Below, piece after piece: positions 20,893 to 31,524 of a stretch of DNA of 64,000 nt. The stretch covers positions 2,400,001 to 2,464,000 of the forward strand of contig OZ252149.1 in assembly GCA_965248755.1 (NCBI GenBank), written 5' to 3'. The notes under the pieces were generated by a model that saw only the letters and a program-made list of their open reading frames with translations, was not told the DNA's origin and made no database searches. Numbering within the stretch: the first letter of the stretch is position 1; the number at the start of each line of letters is the position of its first letter. Position numbers and translations under genes: made by a program. The stretch comes from Candidatus Latescibacterota bacterium (GTDB lineage Bacteria; Latescibacterota; CBDEFO01).

Positions 20893-21610
20893 ATCGAAGC
20901 GGAGACAGTTCCTTGAAGGAATCGAAAACGTAGTCCAAAGATACAATAATGTTTCCATAATTGTCCACGTTGAACGAGTACTGGTAAAGGGCTTTGTCGG
21001 AGTGGTGGAGCGAGTGCAAGAGCGAATATCCGTAATTGGTCTTACGGATGTTAAGTCCTCCCATATCGTATATTTTCCCAAATTCGTATCGAGTCTCAGT
21101 AAACCCTAATCCCAAGGCCGGAATGCTGTAAGTCGTGCTCTTCCCTTTTGTTGAGATTCTGAAAAGTTCCACATCTAAATTTGGCACAAGGAGAGATTCT
21201 TCTCTGCCATCCCCAGAGGTGGAAGATGCAATTCTAAATATCTTGTAATCCTTTGAGGTAGAACTATACTTCTTCGATGTCTCCTTATAGCTTTTGGGGC
21301 TTATAATCAAGCTCTCAGAATGAAGCACATGATTTTCTATAAGGCATAGATAGCAGGTGTTCGGATGAAACCTGATTTCGCTTAATTTGAGCTTTTCTAC
21401 GGACTTATACAGTTGAACGCCTTTCTCCTTATCTGTATCCGCAATAGGCAGATTTAAGCCGACTAGACTATCCGTTTCGACAGTCTTTGGGATTTCTCCT
21501 GGGTCACTGGCTCTCGAAACAGTATTTATACAAGCTGTGAGGAAGAACAGAAGGAGTATCCCAAACGCCCTTGACAAGATCGCTTTTCTCAGGGTAAGCA
21601 CGTCTATCAC
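20876..21610 (-). CDS. Hypothetical lipoprotein
   Basis: Lipobox-like FLTAC; 244 aa. Confidence 0.65.
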   Translation of the reverse strand: MIDVLTLRKAILSRAFGILLLFFLTACINTVSRASDPGEIPKTVETDSLVGLNLPIADTDKEKGVQLYKSVEKLKLSEIRFHPNTCYLCLIENHVLHSESLIISPKSYKETSKKYSSTSKDYKIFRIASSTSGDGREESLLVPNLDVELFRISTKGKSTTYSIPALGLGFTETRYEFGKIYDMGGLNIRKTNYGYSLLHSLHHSDKALYQYSFNVDNYGNIIVSLDYVFDSFKELSPLRFLKGF

Positions 21611-21757
21611 CTCTTGGGATCATTTATCTGTCTAATAATAAGTAAATACGAGTCGCAAATCAAGCTGTGTTTTACTAAAAATAAAGGGACCTCGAAGATG
21701 CTGCGAGGCCCCCATTAGTTTTTGTTATTGGATTTGTGACTTAAAGCGTGGGCGAGG

Positions 21758-23017
21758 TTAATTCTCCCAGATTTCCGTGTTCTGCCAGAAGGTTATCCAG
21801 GCGAACCACATGGAGTTATAAGCTGGAATCTGTTTGAGTCTTGATCCGGCAAGTTCGCCGTCTATAGCCACGCCTTTTATGTTCCACATAGTTCCGGTCT
21901 CTTGATCTTTCATATTGAAGGGAAGTTTTCCACTGTTACTTTCAAGATCGATCTGGAAAGTCAATGTCCGACCCTCGACGTCCCTTTCGTAGGGGATAGC
22001 TAATCTGGAGTCCTTATCCCACACCACGACGAGATCTTTTCCTTCGGCAGTGTCGTTTATGACGTTCTTATCTCCTAAGCTGGCGAACGGATAAGCTTTA
22101 GGTACACCTCCGTTCCTGATTCCCAGGACTCTTTCCTTGGCAGGGAAGAGATCTCTTAGAGGGTTGCTCCTTAAGCTGGCTGGCTCGAAGAGGAACCACC
22201 CAACCTCTCTATAGGTGCTGTAGGGATACGAGTCGTACCTGCTCGGGTTGTAGACTCTTGTATTGTTCAGGTCCAAGACGGTCGTGGATGGATAGAGCTT
22301 TTTCCACATTCCCCAGGTCGTTTCGACTATGGGCATCAACTCCAGACTCTCTCCGAAGAAGTCTCCGTTTATGCCTGTAAAGATCATCTGGGGATAGAGG
22401 GTTGTATTGTCTCTACGGTCGTACATAATCAGGTTGCTGTTGAACAGGAGGCCAGATACACCGAGTTCGAACTGGCTCCCGTCGTTATCTACTGTTTTAA
22501 AGAGGAGTCCTGTTCCGGTAAGGGGGCAGAGCGTCTGCGATATAGGCACTCCTCCAACTACATCGTTGACAATCTCGTGCCACCAGCCGGCGGCGTGAGG
22601 ATAAGCCTTGGCTTCTCCGTTAATAAAGACGCCGAAGACGAAATCAAAATCCGACATGAAAAACGCGTCGGATGAGGAGACAAAAGGCGGATTGTTCAGC
22701 GCAGGTATTCCGTCTTTGGGGGGACCCCCTGAGAATATCTCCCTTGTCGGGAAGTCCGCTACATCGAGGAAGTCTCCTCCTGTGCTGCCGACGTCCAGGA
22801 AGTCAGAGATGCCAGGAAGGGGACCTAAGTTAGGATCCACACCCAGTACGGGTTCATCGGGGATATCAGGGACATCTCCGCCGCCTGTATCACCAGTCTG
22901 GCCGCTGCCAGGTTGATTGGGACCTCCTGAAAAGGTTGTAGGTGTGTCACTTCCGCCGCACGAGGCTAAAAGAAATGCGACCAGAAGAATCGGAAGAACA
23001 GATTTTACTTTCGTCAT
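21758..23017 (-). CDS. DUF3179 domain lipoprotein
   Basis: Lipobox LASC; GGPPKDGIPAL, AKAYP, WHEIVND, LCPLTGTG, GVSGLLFNSNLIMYDR, WFAW. Confidence 0.88.
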   Translation of the reverse strand: MTKVKSVLPILLVAFLLASCGGSDTPTTFSGGPNQPGSGQTGDTGGGDVPDIPDEPVLGVDPNLGPLPGISDFLDVGSTGGDFLDVADFPTREIFSGGPPKDGIPALNNPPFVSSSDAFFMSDFDFVFGVFINGEAKAYPHAAGWWHEIVNDVVGGVPISQTLCPLTGTGLLFKTVDNDGSQFELGVSGLLFNSNLIMYDRRDNTTLYPQMIFTGINGDFFGESLELMPIVETTWGMWKKLYPSTTVLDLNNTRVYNPSRYDSYPYSTYREVGWFLFEPASLRSNPLRDLFPAKERVLGIRNGGVPKAYPFASLGDKNVINDTAEGKDLVVVWDKDSRLAIPYERDVEGRTLTFQIDLESNSGKLPFNMKDQETGTMWNIKGVAIDGELAGSRLKQIPAYNSMWFAWITFWQNTEIWEN

Positions 23018-23073
23018 GGTTGTAACCTCCTAACTTAGATGACAATGAAGTTGGAATTTTGTTTCATCTTTAT

Positions 23074-24027
23074 TTAGAAAAGATCGTACGAATAAGACAA
23101 TCCTGTGACAAACTGCTCCCCTGCAGGGTAGTTTTTGCCTTTTAGACCGAATCGCACTGCACTTTCGAGAGTCACTCCCATAAAGGGTCCAAGTGTGAGA
23201 GTAGGAGACAGATAGGTTATCCGTTTTACATCGCTTTCGACTTCTTGACCGATGATTGTTGCGGGGTCGCCGTGTATGCCTTCTAATTTTGCGCCTACTG
23301 TGACTTTATTAAGACGACTGTAGCCGAATTCTCCTGAAAAGAGGATCTCGTCTCCTGGGTCTCTGTCGGCGCTGGTCGTTCTCCCGCCAAGTATCTCCAC
23401 TTTCTGAGAGTTTTCGAGGCGTAATTTATATCCTATCTCTGCGTTGACGTAGGCTGGAAAGGGCCAGAACGAACTCCCAAAGCTGGCTGTTATGTCAAAA
23501 TCCCACTGTCCCTCTCCCACAGAGGTTATGCCTTCTTTTGTCTGGTCTATCTTGAATTCTGCTGTAGGAGCTTTGATGCCAAACTGCAATGAGGCTACGA
23601 CGGGTTTAGATAGATAGCGATACTTGCCTATAAACCGAAGATCGCTGAAACCCGATTCGGATCTTTCCTCTGCGAAGGCGTCATCTGTAAAACTCTGATC
23701 AAAAAAGGGAATTTGGATTCCCACATCGAACGCGTCTGTGACGCCGTAGAAGACCTCAAAGAAGACAGCTTTAAGTTCGCTTTCTCCATTGAAGGGGAAG
23801 GGAGTTTTATCTCCAGGGGAGAAGTTCACTATTTTGTCGCCTATCGGCAGGGATCTTAATCTGCCCGGGGCTAAAAATTCTTCGTCAGTAGTTTGAATAA
23901 AAGTTGTAGCCTTGCCCCAGAGCTTGCCCTTGGGGAGCGTCCACGCTCCGGCCATAGCTTGCCTGGGTAAGGCAAAAGCGAGTAAAAAGGTTGTCACTAT
24001 CGTTATCTTTAGATATCTTGAAAACAT
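23074..24027 (-). CDS. Putative outer-membrane beta-barrel (MetA-pathway/transporter-like)
   Basis: Signal peptide AMA-GAW; SGFSD, GEGQWD; alternating beta-strand pattern; C-terminal Phe. Confidence 0.65.
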   Translation of the reverse strand: MFSRYLKITIVTTFLLAFALPRQAMAGAWTLPKGKLWGKATTFIQTTDEEFLAPGRLRSLPIGDKIVNFSPGDKTPFPFNGESELKAVFFEVFYGVTDAFDVGIQIPFFDQSFTDDAFAEERSESGFSDLRFIGKYRYLSKPVVASLQFGIKAPTAEFKIDQTKEGITSVGEGQWDFDITASFGSSFWPFPAYVNAEIGYKLRLENSQKVEILGGRTTSADRDPGDEILFSGEFGYSRLNKVTVGAKLEGIHGDPATIIGQEVESDVKRITYLSPTLTLGPFMGVTLESAVRFGLKGKNYPAGEQFVTGLSYSYDLF

Positions 24028-24042
24028 TTTATCTTCGAGGGG

Positions 24043-24435
24043 TCAGTTTGCCTCAGTACCGAGTTTATCCTTATGACAATTGTCGTCTATTTTATCCAAT
24101 ATCTCGACCAGTTCGGGAAGAGAAAAAGGTTTAGTTATATAGTTTAGAACCTTGGTCTTCTGGATGTTGGGTTTCAGGTACTCATCTCCATAAGCTGACA
24201 TTAATATGACAACCGTATTGGGATTCGACCGATTTATCCTGATAGTAAGTTCTATGCCGTCCATCTCCGGCATTCTTATGTCCGTCAAAATGGCGCGATA
24301 TTCATATTCTTTGATCTTGGAAAGAGCCTCCTTAGCGCAGGAGGCTGTGTTCACTTCATAGCCGCGTCTTTTAAGTCCTATAGATAGCGACCTCAGCAAG
24401 CTTTTATCATCATCTACAATCAGCAGTCTTGTCAT
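24043..24435 (-). CDS. Single-domain response regulator
   Basis: LIVDDD, TDIRMPEMDG, MSAY, KPF. Confidence 0.9.
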   Translation of the reverse strand: MTRLLIVDDDKSLLRSLSIGLKRRGYEVNTASCAKEALSKIKEYEYRAILTDIRMPEMDGIELTIRINRSNPNTVVILMSAYGDEYLKPNIQKTKVLNYITKPFSLPELVEILDKIDDNCHKDKLGTEAN

Positions 24436-24528
24436 TTTCTCTCTGGCACTCCCTTCTTGAACAGGCAAGCGGCAGGCCCAAGCCCTTCCCACTTGCCTGT
24501 GAAATAGAGTATTGATCTTCCGTTTGCA

Positions 24529-25014
24529 TCATTCAGTTGCCCCGGCATCCCTGAGTAATTGGGCTACTGCTGTATGGCCTTCATCTGCTGCAATCATCAG
24601 GGCGGTCTCGTCGTCATCATTTTTGTCATTGATGTTTGCGCCGTTTTTTACAAACGATTTTACTGCAAGAATATCCCCATCCTCTACGCTTTCAATGAAG
24701 GGATCGCTGCCATCTGAATATATTGGGTAATATCCGTACCCTGAATAGATCCTGCCGTAGTGGTACGGGTAACCAGAGTGATACCTGTGACCAAAGTGAT
24801 GGCTGTAAACAGAACGATACCCGTAACCAGAACGATACCTGTGACCAGAGTAAGCTTCTGCGTTCAGAGAGGCGCCAATCATAACGAGTCCGACAAACGC
24901 TGCCAGTAAGGCTTTTCCATAGCAGTTGCTCAAAGAAATGCTCTTTGGCTGTATGGTCTGTACATTACTGCTGATCTTCCCAATTAAGTTTCCTCGAGTC
25001 TTCTGCTCAAACAT
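24529..25014 (-). CDS. Small exported protein with Tyr/Gly/His-rich segment and ankyrin repeats
   Basis: TM/signal, YSGHRYRSGYG-type repeats, GANINDK..ETALMIAA..GH. Confidence 0.75.
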   Translation of the reverse strand: MFEQKTRGNLIGKISSNVQTIQPKSISLSNCYGKALLAAFVGLVMIGASLNAEAYSGHRYRSGYGYRSVYSHHFGHRYHSGYPYHYGRIYSGYGYYPIYSDGSDPFIESVEDGDILAVKSFVKNGANINDKNDDDETALMIAADEGHTAVAQLLRDAGATE

Positions 25015-25125
25015 TGTCTTTCCTCCTTGGTTTTTCCTGCTTCTTCCTATTATTGTTATTCCGAATTCGGTTTGAAGCTGTCTGTTGCTACAAAGACTTG
25101 AGATACACTCTGTGCTGATATTAAA

Positions 25126-25142
25126 TGCAAATAGGGTGCCAA
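25126..25142 (-). promoter_or_regulatory. Sigma-54 (-24/-12) promoter
   Basis: Minus strand TTGGCAC-CCTAT-TTGCA, canonical spacing; downstream of an NtrC-type activator gene. Confidence 0.88.
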
Positions 25143-25420
25143 CAACTTTACGATTAAGAAGTAAAGTTGTGTAATTTATAATAAGTGTTTGTAAATAAAT
25201 GAACTTGGGGAGTATTATCTCAGGATATTAAGATAACGTAGAGTATCAATTTTGCGCAGAAGTTATAAAATGGAAATGGTCAGGCGTTTCAGTTTGAAAT
25301 ACGACAGGTACCGGCAAGTTAGATCTTGAAGGATGGGGAGCAAAATCGGCAGTGGGATATTGTGAGCGGTTATCCAGATAAATTCTAAGTCTCTTTTTGG
25401 TTCTGCCGGCGTTGTTCAGG

Positions 25421-26824
25421 TCAGGACTTTTCACCTTCTGTATTGTCGTAAAGATCCTGTGGAGATTCTTTTAGAGAGATATTGTACTCCTTCAGCTTTC
25501 TCCACAGCGTAGTTGTCGAGATGTCGAGTCTTTCAGAGGATTTTTTGCGGTTCCATGAGCACTCCTCCAATGTGTCAAGTATGTGGAGCCTTTCGACATC
25601 GGATAGCGTCTTACCGCTTCTGTGTCTTCTTTTGGACTCCATCTGGACGCCGCCTCCGAGGGTCTGCGGAAGGTCCTCAGGGGTGATAGTCTCGCCCGAC
25701 GCAAGTATTATCGAGCGTTCGATAACGTTTTCTAATTCTCTGACGTTTCCCGGCCAGTCGTAGCTCATAAAGAGACTCAAGGCCCTTTTAGATATAGATT
25801 CAATGTCTATTTTGAGCCGCCCGGTGTGCTTCTTGAAGAAATGTTTGGCCAAAAGAGGGATATCGTCTTTTCTTTCTCTTAAGGGCGGAAGATGTATGGG
25901 TATTACGTTCAGGCGATAGTAGAGGTCCTCGCGGAACTTGTTATTTTCTATGGCCTGTTCCAGGTTTTTGTTAGTCGCGGCAATGAGTCTGACGTCCGTG
26001 TAAGTGGGCTTATTGTCTCCGACTCTCCTTATTTCTCTATCTTGAGAGAATCTCAAAAGCTTTACCTGAACCTGAGAGGTCGCCTCTCCTATTTCATCTA
26101 AAAAGATTGTGCCTCCATCTGCCTCTTCAAGGAGCCCCTTTTTGTCGTACGATGCCCCGGTGAAAGATCCCTTGACGTGACCGAAGAGTTCGCTTTCCTG
26201 AAGGTCATGGGGAAGTGCGCCGCAGTTTATGGGTACAAACGCCTTGTACTTTCGGGGGCTGTTGTTGTGTATTGCTCTTGCTACGAGTTCCTTTCCGGTT
26301 CCGCTTTCGCCGGTTATGAGAACTGTGCTGTCGGTCTTGGAGACCTTGGAGACCATCTTCAAAACCTCTATCATCTGGTTGGTGCTGGAGATTATGTTTT
26401 CGAACTTGTATTTTTCTCTCAATTGGGATTCGAGCAATTTGACCTTATCAGATAGTTCCTTGCGCTCCAAGGCTCTGTTTACTTTTTGGATTATGTCATC
26501 GTTTTGGAAAGGTTTTGTAATATAATCGTAGGCCCCTAACTTCATAGCTTCCACACCGCTTTCGATAGTCCCGTATCCTGTCATGACCATAACTTCTGTG
26601 GCTTGGGAGAGAGCTTTGGATTTTTTGAGGACATCTATACCATCTACAGGTTCCATCTTCAGGTCGGTGATGACCATGTCATAGGTTTCCGCATTGATCT
26701 TTTCTATAGCCTCTTTTCCGTTAGAGACTTCATCTATCCGGTATCCTTCCTTGCCCAAAAGGATAGACAGGCTCTTTCTTATACTGAGTTCATCGTCAAC
26801 TATCAAAATTCGGGGCATGTGCAA
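25421..26824 (-). CDS. Sigma-54-dependent response regulator (NtrC family)
   Basis: Receiver domain; GESGTGKE, ESELFGH.KGSFTGA, WPGNVRELEN; Fis-type HTH. Confidence 0.95.
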   Translation of the reverse strand: MHMPRILIVDDELSIRKSLSILLGKEGYRIDEVSNGKEAIEKINAETYDMVITDLKMEPVDGIDVLKKSKALSQATEVMVMTGYGTIESGVEAMKLGAYDYITKPFQNDDIIQKVNRALERKELSDKVKLLESQLREKYKFENIISSTNQMIEVLKMVSKVSKTDSTVLITGESGTGKELVARAIHNNSPRKYKAFVPINCGALPHDLQESELFGHVKGSFTGASYDKKGLLEEADGGTIFLDEIGEATSQVQVKLLRFSQDREIRRVGDNKPTYTDVRLIAATNKNLEQAIENNKFREDLYYRLNVIPIHLPPLRERKDDIPLLAKHFFKKHTGRLKIDIESISKRALSLFMSYDWPGNVRELENVIERSIILASGETITPEDLPQTLGGGVQMESKRRHRSGKTLSDVERLHILDTLEECSWNRKKSSERLDISTTTLWRKLKEYNISLKESPQDLYDNTEGEKS

Positions 26825-26829
26825 CCTAC

Positions 26830-28425
26830 CTACGGTATTGGCAGCAAGATTGTAAATTTGCTTCCGACGCCGGGCTTGCTTTCTGCTATTATATCGCCCT
26901 TGTGGTTTTGGATGATTCTGTGGCAGATAGAAAGTCCTAAACCGGTGCCATTTTCTTTGTCGGAGTAGAAGGGCTGGAATATCTTTTCAAGCTTATATTG
27001 TTCTATCCCTTTTCCTGTATCGCTGAAAGATATTGCAGCACACTTTCTCTTGTGTATCTTTTCTTTGATCTCTGACGATATTTCCAATCGCCCACTCCCT
27101 TCCATGCTCTCAAGGGCGTTTAGGACTATGTTTATGAAGACCTGCTTAAGTTGGGATAGATCGGCATCTATAGAGGGCAGGTCTTCGCAGAGTTTCATAC
27201 TAAGCTCCACGCTCTTTTGTATCTTCTCTTTGAGAAGGAGCATGGTCTCCTTGAGAAATTCGTTTACGTCAACTTCCTCGAAGTTGGGCTCTTGAGGCCT
27301 TGCGAACTTGAGAAAGTCTGAAATAACAGAGTTAAGCCTTTCGGATTCCTTGGAGATAATGTCTAGAAGTTCCTTTTCTTCTCCGTCCCAATCGAGGCTG
27401 TCCTTAAGTATGCCGACGGAGGTGCTTATGCCTCCCAGGGGGTTCCTTATCTCGTGAGCGATGGCGGCGGAGAGTTCACCGACTGCGGCGAGCTTATTGG
27501 ATTGAGTCAGCTGTCTTTGCAATTCCTTTCTTTCCGTAACGTCTCTGCAAATCCTCTGGATGACCTTGATGTCTCCATATTCTATGACGGCTGCGCTCAC
27601 ATCTACAAAGACTCTGCTTTTATCCTTCCTTGTGAAGGACATATCGTCGTATACGCCTGAGCCTTGAGAGGAGACAAGTTGGAAGAGCCTTTTGGCGGAT
27701 TCCATCTCCTCCTGCGGGTGTATCTCCCATATCTTTTTCCCCGCAAGTTCGCTGCTTTTGTAGCCTGTAAGTTCCTCTGCCTTCGGGTTGGCTTCTATTA
27801 TCTCTCCGTTGCCGGCATCTATTATAAATATAGCGTCGTTGGCTTTATTTATAAGGGAGCGGTATTTCTCCTCTGACTTTTGAACTTCCTTGAACAGCTG
27901 AGCATTTTGGATAGCCACAGCGATTCTATTGGCTATTTGCTGTAAAGTCTCAAGGTCGCAGTCGGCGTAGTTGCTGGGTTTCCTTCTGCCCAGATTGAAC
28001 ATTCCTATGGATGTCCCTCTGTATATCAGGGGTATGGAGATGTAAGACCTTATTCCCTCTTTCAGAAGGGCTTCATGTATGGAAGTATTCATTTCCAAGC
28101 TGAGGTCCTCGGCAATGTTGGGAACTTTGTGGTCTATAACCTGTTCTACTCCGGTCTCTTTCTTATAAATATAGCCAACACCGAGCTTTGTCTTTTTATC
28201 TGTCACAAGGGCGTAAGTGATGAGCCTCTGGCCCGTTTCGTCCAGAAGGGAGATGCTGGCTCTGTCAAAAGCGACTATCTTTTTCGTCTCCTGGACTGCG
28301 GTTCGGAATATATCGTCGAAGTTAAAAGTGGAGTTGATCAAGTCAGATATTTCATTTATGATCTCAAGTTTTCGTGTCTTGGCCTCAAGATCAGAGATAG
28401 TCTTTATGTATTCATCCTCGCTCAA
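26830..28425 (-). CDS. Cytoplasmic GAF-PAS histidine kinase
   Basis: GAF, PAS, AHEIRNPL, DTGKGI, GTGLGL. Confidence 0.92.
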   Translation of the reverse strand: MSEDEYIKTISDLEAKTRKLEIINEISDLINSTFNFDDIFRTAVQETKKIVAFDRASISLLDETGQRLITYALVTDKKTKLGVGYIYKKETGVEQVIDHKVPNIAEDLSLEMNTSIHEALLKEGIRSYISIPLIYRGTSIGMFNLGRRKPSNYADCDLETLQQIANRIAVAIQNAQLFKEVQKSEEKYRSLINKANDAIFIIDAGNGEIIEANPKAEELTGYKSSELAGKKIWEIHPQEEMESAKRLFQLVSSQGSGVYDDMSFTRKDKSRVFVDVSAAVIEYGDIKVIQRICRDVTERKELQRQLTQSNKLAAVGELSAAIAHEIRNPLGGISTSVGILKDSLDWDGEEKELLDIISKESERLNSVISDFLKFARPQEPNFEEVDVNEFLKETMLLLKEKIQKSVELSMKLCEDLPSIDADLSQLKQVFINIVLNALESMEGSGRLEISSEIKEKIHKRKCAAISFSDTGKGIEQYKLEKIFQPFYSDKENGTGLGLSICHRIIQNHKGDIIAESKPGVGSKFTILLPIP

Positions 28426-28587
28426 TATAGTTCTCCTGGTCTGTATCAGAGAAGATCAAAGGTCTTGACATATTCTATTTTATAGGCTAAAATTATTCTG
28501 GAGTAGTCAGCGACAAACCTAGAGGATAGCAAACTCACGCACTAGTACCTGTATTTTACAACAAAAATATAGTATATAGCGCTGATA

Positions 28588-29280
28588 TTGTCAAGGGCGA
28601 TTGAACCTACAGGGGACAAATTGTCACAAACTTGCTCATGGATCGGCACCGATGAATCGGGAAAGGGGGACTATTTCGGGCCTCTGGTCATAGCCGGTGT
28701 CTGTGTGAACGATTCTGTTCTGGAAAAGCTTTTTCAATTGAACGTTAGAGACAGCAAGCGTATTTCCGATAACGTTATAAAAAAATTGGATGAGAGGATA
28801 AAATCTATATGCGTTTGGACGACAGTGGCAATAGGTCCTGAAAGATACAACGAGCTCTACGGTCGGATGCAGAATCTAAACAGAATGTTAGCGTGGGGGC
28901 ATGCAAGGGCTATAGAAAATCTTCTGGAAAAGGAGGACTGCCCAAGGGCTGTAACGGATCAGTTCGGGGATGAAAGGTTCGTGATAAACGCCCTCTTAAA
29001 AAGGGGTAAACAGATAAAGATCCAGCAGAGGCCAAAGGCGGAAGACGACCTTGCGGTAGCTGCGGCATCTGTGATCGCAAGGGCTGAATTTGTAAGCAGA
29101 TTGGAGGGTTTGTCCGACCAGATAGGAGAGGAGCTTTTGAAGGGCGCATCTGGGGCTGTGGAAGAATTAGCACAAGAATTAGTGGAAAGGTACGGCGAGG
29201 GCATATTGAAAAAGGTGGCTAAAGTGCATTTTAAGACGACTCAAAAGGTAATCGGCAAGTCGAAAAGAGGTTCAGGGTAA
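28588..29280 (+). CDS. rnhC: Ribonuclease HIII (short form)
   Basis: IGTDESGKGDYFGPLV, VRDSK, TDQF, VAAASVIAR, KVHFKT. Confidence 0.88.
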   Translation: MSRAIEPTGDKLSQTCSWIGTDESGKGDYFGPLVIAGVCVNDSVLEKLFQLNVRDSKRISDNVIKKLDERIKSICVWTTVAIGPERYNELYGRMQNLNRMLAWGHARAIENLLEKEDCPRAVTDQFGDERFVINALLKRGKQIKIQQRPKAEDDLAVAAASVIARAEFVSRLEGLSDQIGEELLKGASGAVEELAQELVERYGEGILKKVAKVHFKTTQKVIGKSKRGSG

Positions 29281-29317
29281 CTGAAGTGAGAACACATTAT
29301 ATCACCTAAGGAGAACT

Positions 29318-30474
29318 GATGAGAGTCGTTTTGAATTTTATAGTGTCGGTTGCGCTTATATTGCCTCTTGGGGCTACGCGAAAAGAGAGGACGCCTCCGA
29401 TGTGGTAAGGATCGGGATCGCCAGTCCATTTACGGGCAACGCGGCGGCCTACGGAGAGAGGAACAAAAAGGGTGCCATCCTCAAGATTGACGAGGTGAAC
29501 GCCTCAGGTTGGGTAGACAGAAAGAGGGTAGAAGCTGTCTTCGGAGACGACGCCGGAGATCCTAAGGAGGCATCAAATGTGGCGACCAAGTTTGCCTCCG
29601 ATAAGTCTATTTTGATTGTGATAGGTCACTTCAACAGCTCGTGCTCACTGGCTGGGAAACCGATAGACAAAAGGGGAGGGGTAGTCCAACTTTCTCCGGG
29701 CTCCACCAACGTGAGGGCGTGCGAAGGGAGCCCTTGGACGTTCAGAAATCTGTACCGGGACGATGTTCAGGGACAGTTCCTGGCGAGCTACTGTGCAAGG
29801 AAATGGGGGTTCAAAAGGATCGCTGTCTTCTACGACAACGACCATTACGGGATCGGTTTATAAAGATGCCTTTGTCAAGGAGGCAGAAAAATTGGGGATC
29901 GCAATTGTAGGACGAGAAGCATATACCAGAAGAGTCGATAGATTTCACGCCTCAACTTGCCAAGTTTAAGACCCTAAATCCCGATGCGATCTTCACATCG
30001 GGTCTTTATAACGAGGCGGCGTTGATAGCTTCTCAGGCGAAGAGACAGGGGATCATGACACAGCTTCTGGGTGCGGACGGGGTATTCTCTCCTGAATATA
30101 TCAAGATAGCGGGCGATGCAGCCTAAGGAACGATCCTGACGACGCCCTTTTTGTTCGACGCAGCAGGACCAAAAGCGTTGAAGCTCTTAGAAAGTTTTAA
30201 GAGGAAGTACAAGGACGAACCTGACTGCTGGGCCGCCTTAGCGTACGACGCAGCGGGGATAGCTATTGAGGCTATAAAGGCGGTACGACCCGATAGAAAA
30301 GCTATAAGAGATTATCTTGCTGGAATGACTACTGCAGAAGATAGTTATGCCGGCGTCACGGGGCTGACGTTCTTCGACTAAAACGGCGACTGCCAAAAGC
30401 CAGCTTACGTGAGCATCGTCAAAGACGGTAAGTTAGTCGCCGCCCCTGAACAGATGCTGGACTGGGCAAGTTGA
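29318..30474 (+). pseudogene. Branched-chain amino acid ABC substrate-binding protein (LivK-like), disrupted
   Basis: LivK-like fragments in several frames; frameshifts and premature TAA codons near 30124 and 30379. Confidence 0.85.
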
Positions 30475-30555
30475 GGGTAGACAGGGGCACATCCTCCCAT
30501 CACCCCGTGTTTTCGTAGCTGTCCACTCTTGTTGATTCAATACTTAAATGACTCT

Positions 30556-31400
30556 ATGTTTTCCCAACAGTTGCTAAATGGTCTGACTCTGGGAGGCATA
30601 TAGGCTCTCATCGCCGTGGGCTACCCGATGGTCTATGGGATCATCAAGCTCACCAATGTTGCTCACGGGGAAATATATATGATGGGGGCATTTTTTGCTT
30701 TAACCTTCCTTTCTGCAGGTCATATTCCCTTTTCCGTAGCCTTCCTTCTATCTGTCGCTTGCTCTGGTTTATTAGGGGTCTTAATAGACATGGGGGCGTA
30801 TCGTCCGCTAAGAGGTGCGCCGAGGCTTTCGGCTCAGATCACGGCGATAGGTGTCTCTCTCTTTCTCCAGAATCTGGCAAGAGCGAGATGGGGAGCATGG
30901 ACCAAGCCTTTCCCATCCGGATATGTCCCCGATTTCTTCAAGGGAGCTTCCGCAGTCGGCGGTGTCACTATTACAAATCTGCAAATATTCATATTTGCTA
31001 CAGCTTTCATCTTGAGGCTGGGGCTCCATCTAATAATTAAGAAGACGAAGATAGGGAGGGCCATGAGGGCGTGGGCGCAGGATCAGATAGCAGCTAAGCT
31101 GATGGGAGTCGATGTAAATAGAGTGGTTTCCTTTACCTTTGCTACCGGATCGAGTCTCGCTGGCGTGGCGGGGATATTGGTAGCTATGTACTAAAACTCC
31201 GCTATCCTACTAAGGGCTATCTGGCGGGATTGTCCCCGGCGGCTATGATCGGTGCGATGATCCTGGGCATGGGCGAGATATTCGGAGCGGCTTACATCTC
31301 TTCACAGTATCGAGACGGGATAGCCTACGCCATAATGATACTTTTCATAATCTTCAGGCCGTCGGGAAGTATGGGGGAGGGAGAAGTCGAACGCGTTTGA
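30556..31400 (+). pseudogene. LivH-like ABC permease, disrupted
   Basis: MFSQQLLNGLTLGGI* with in-frame TAG at 30601; NVAHGE, GRAMRA; TAA at 31192. Confidence 0.85.
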
Positions 31401-31524
31401 CGTAGGCAGTAAACAGGACGCTTTACTCTTCCCTTGAAGAACGAGGCACTCTAATCCATATTGCTTTGCTATTGCTTGCAATGAAGACATTTGTTTTGAC
31501 CTTTCGTCCCACAGGAAGTACACG

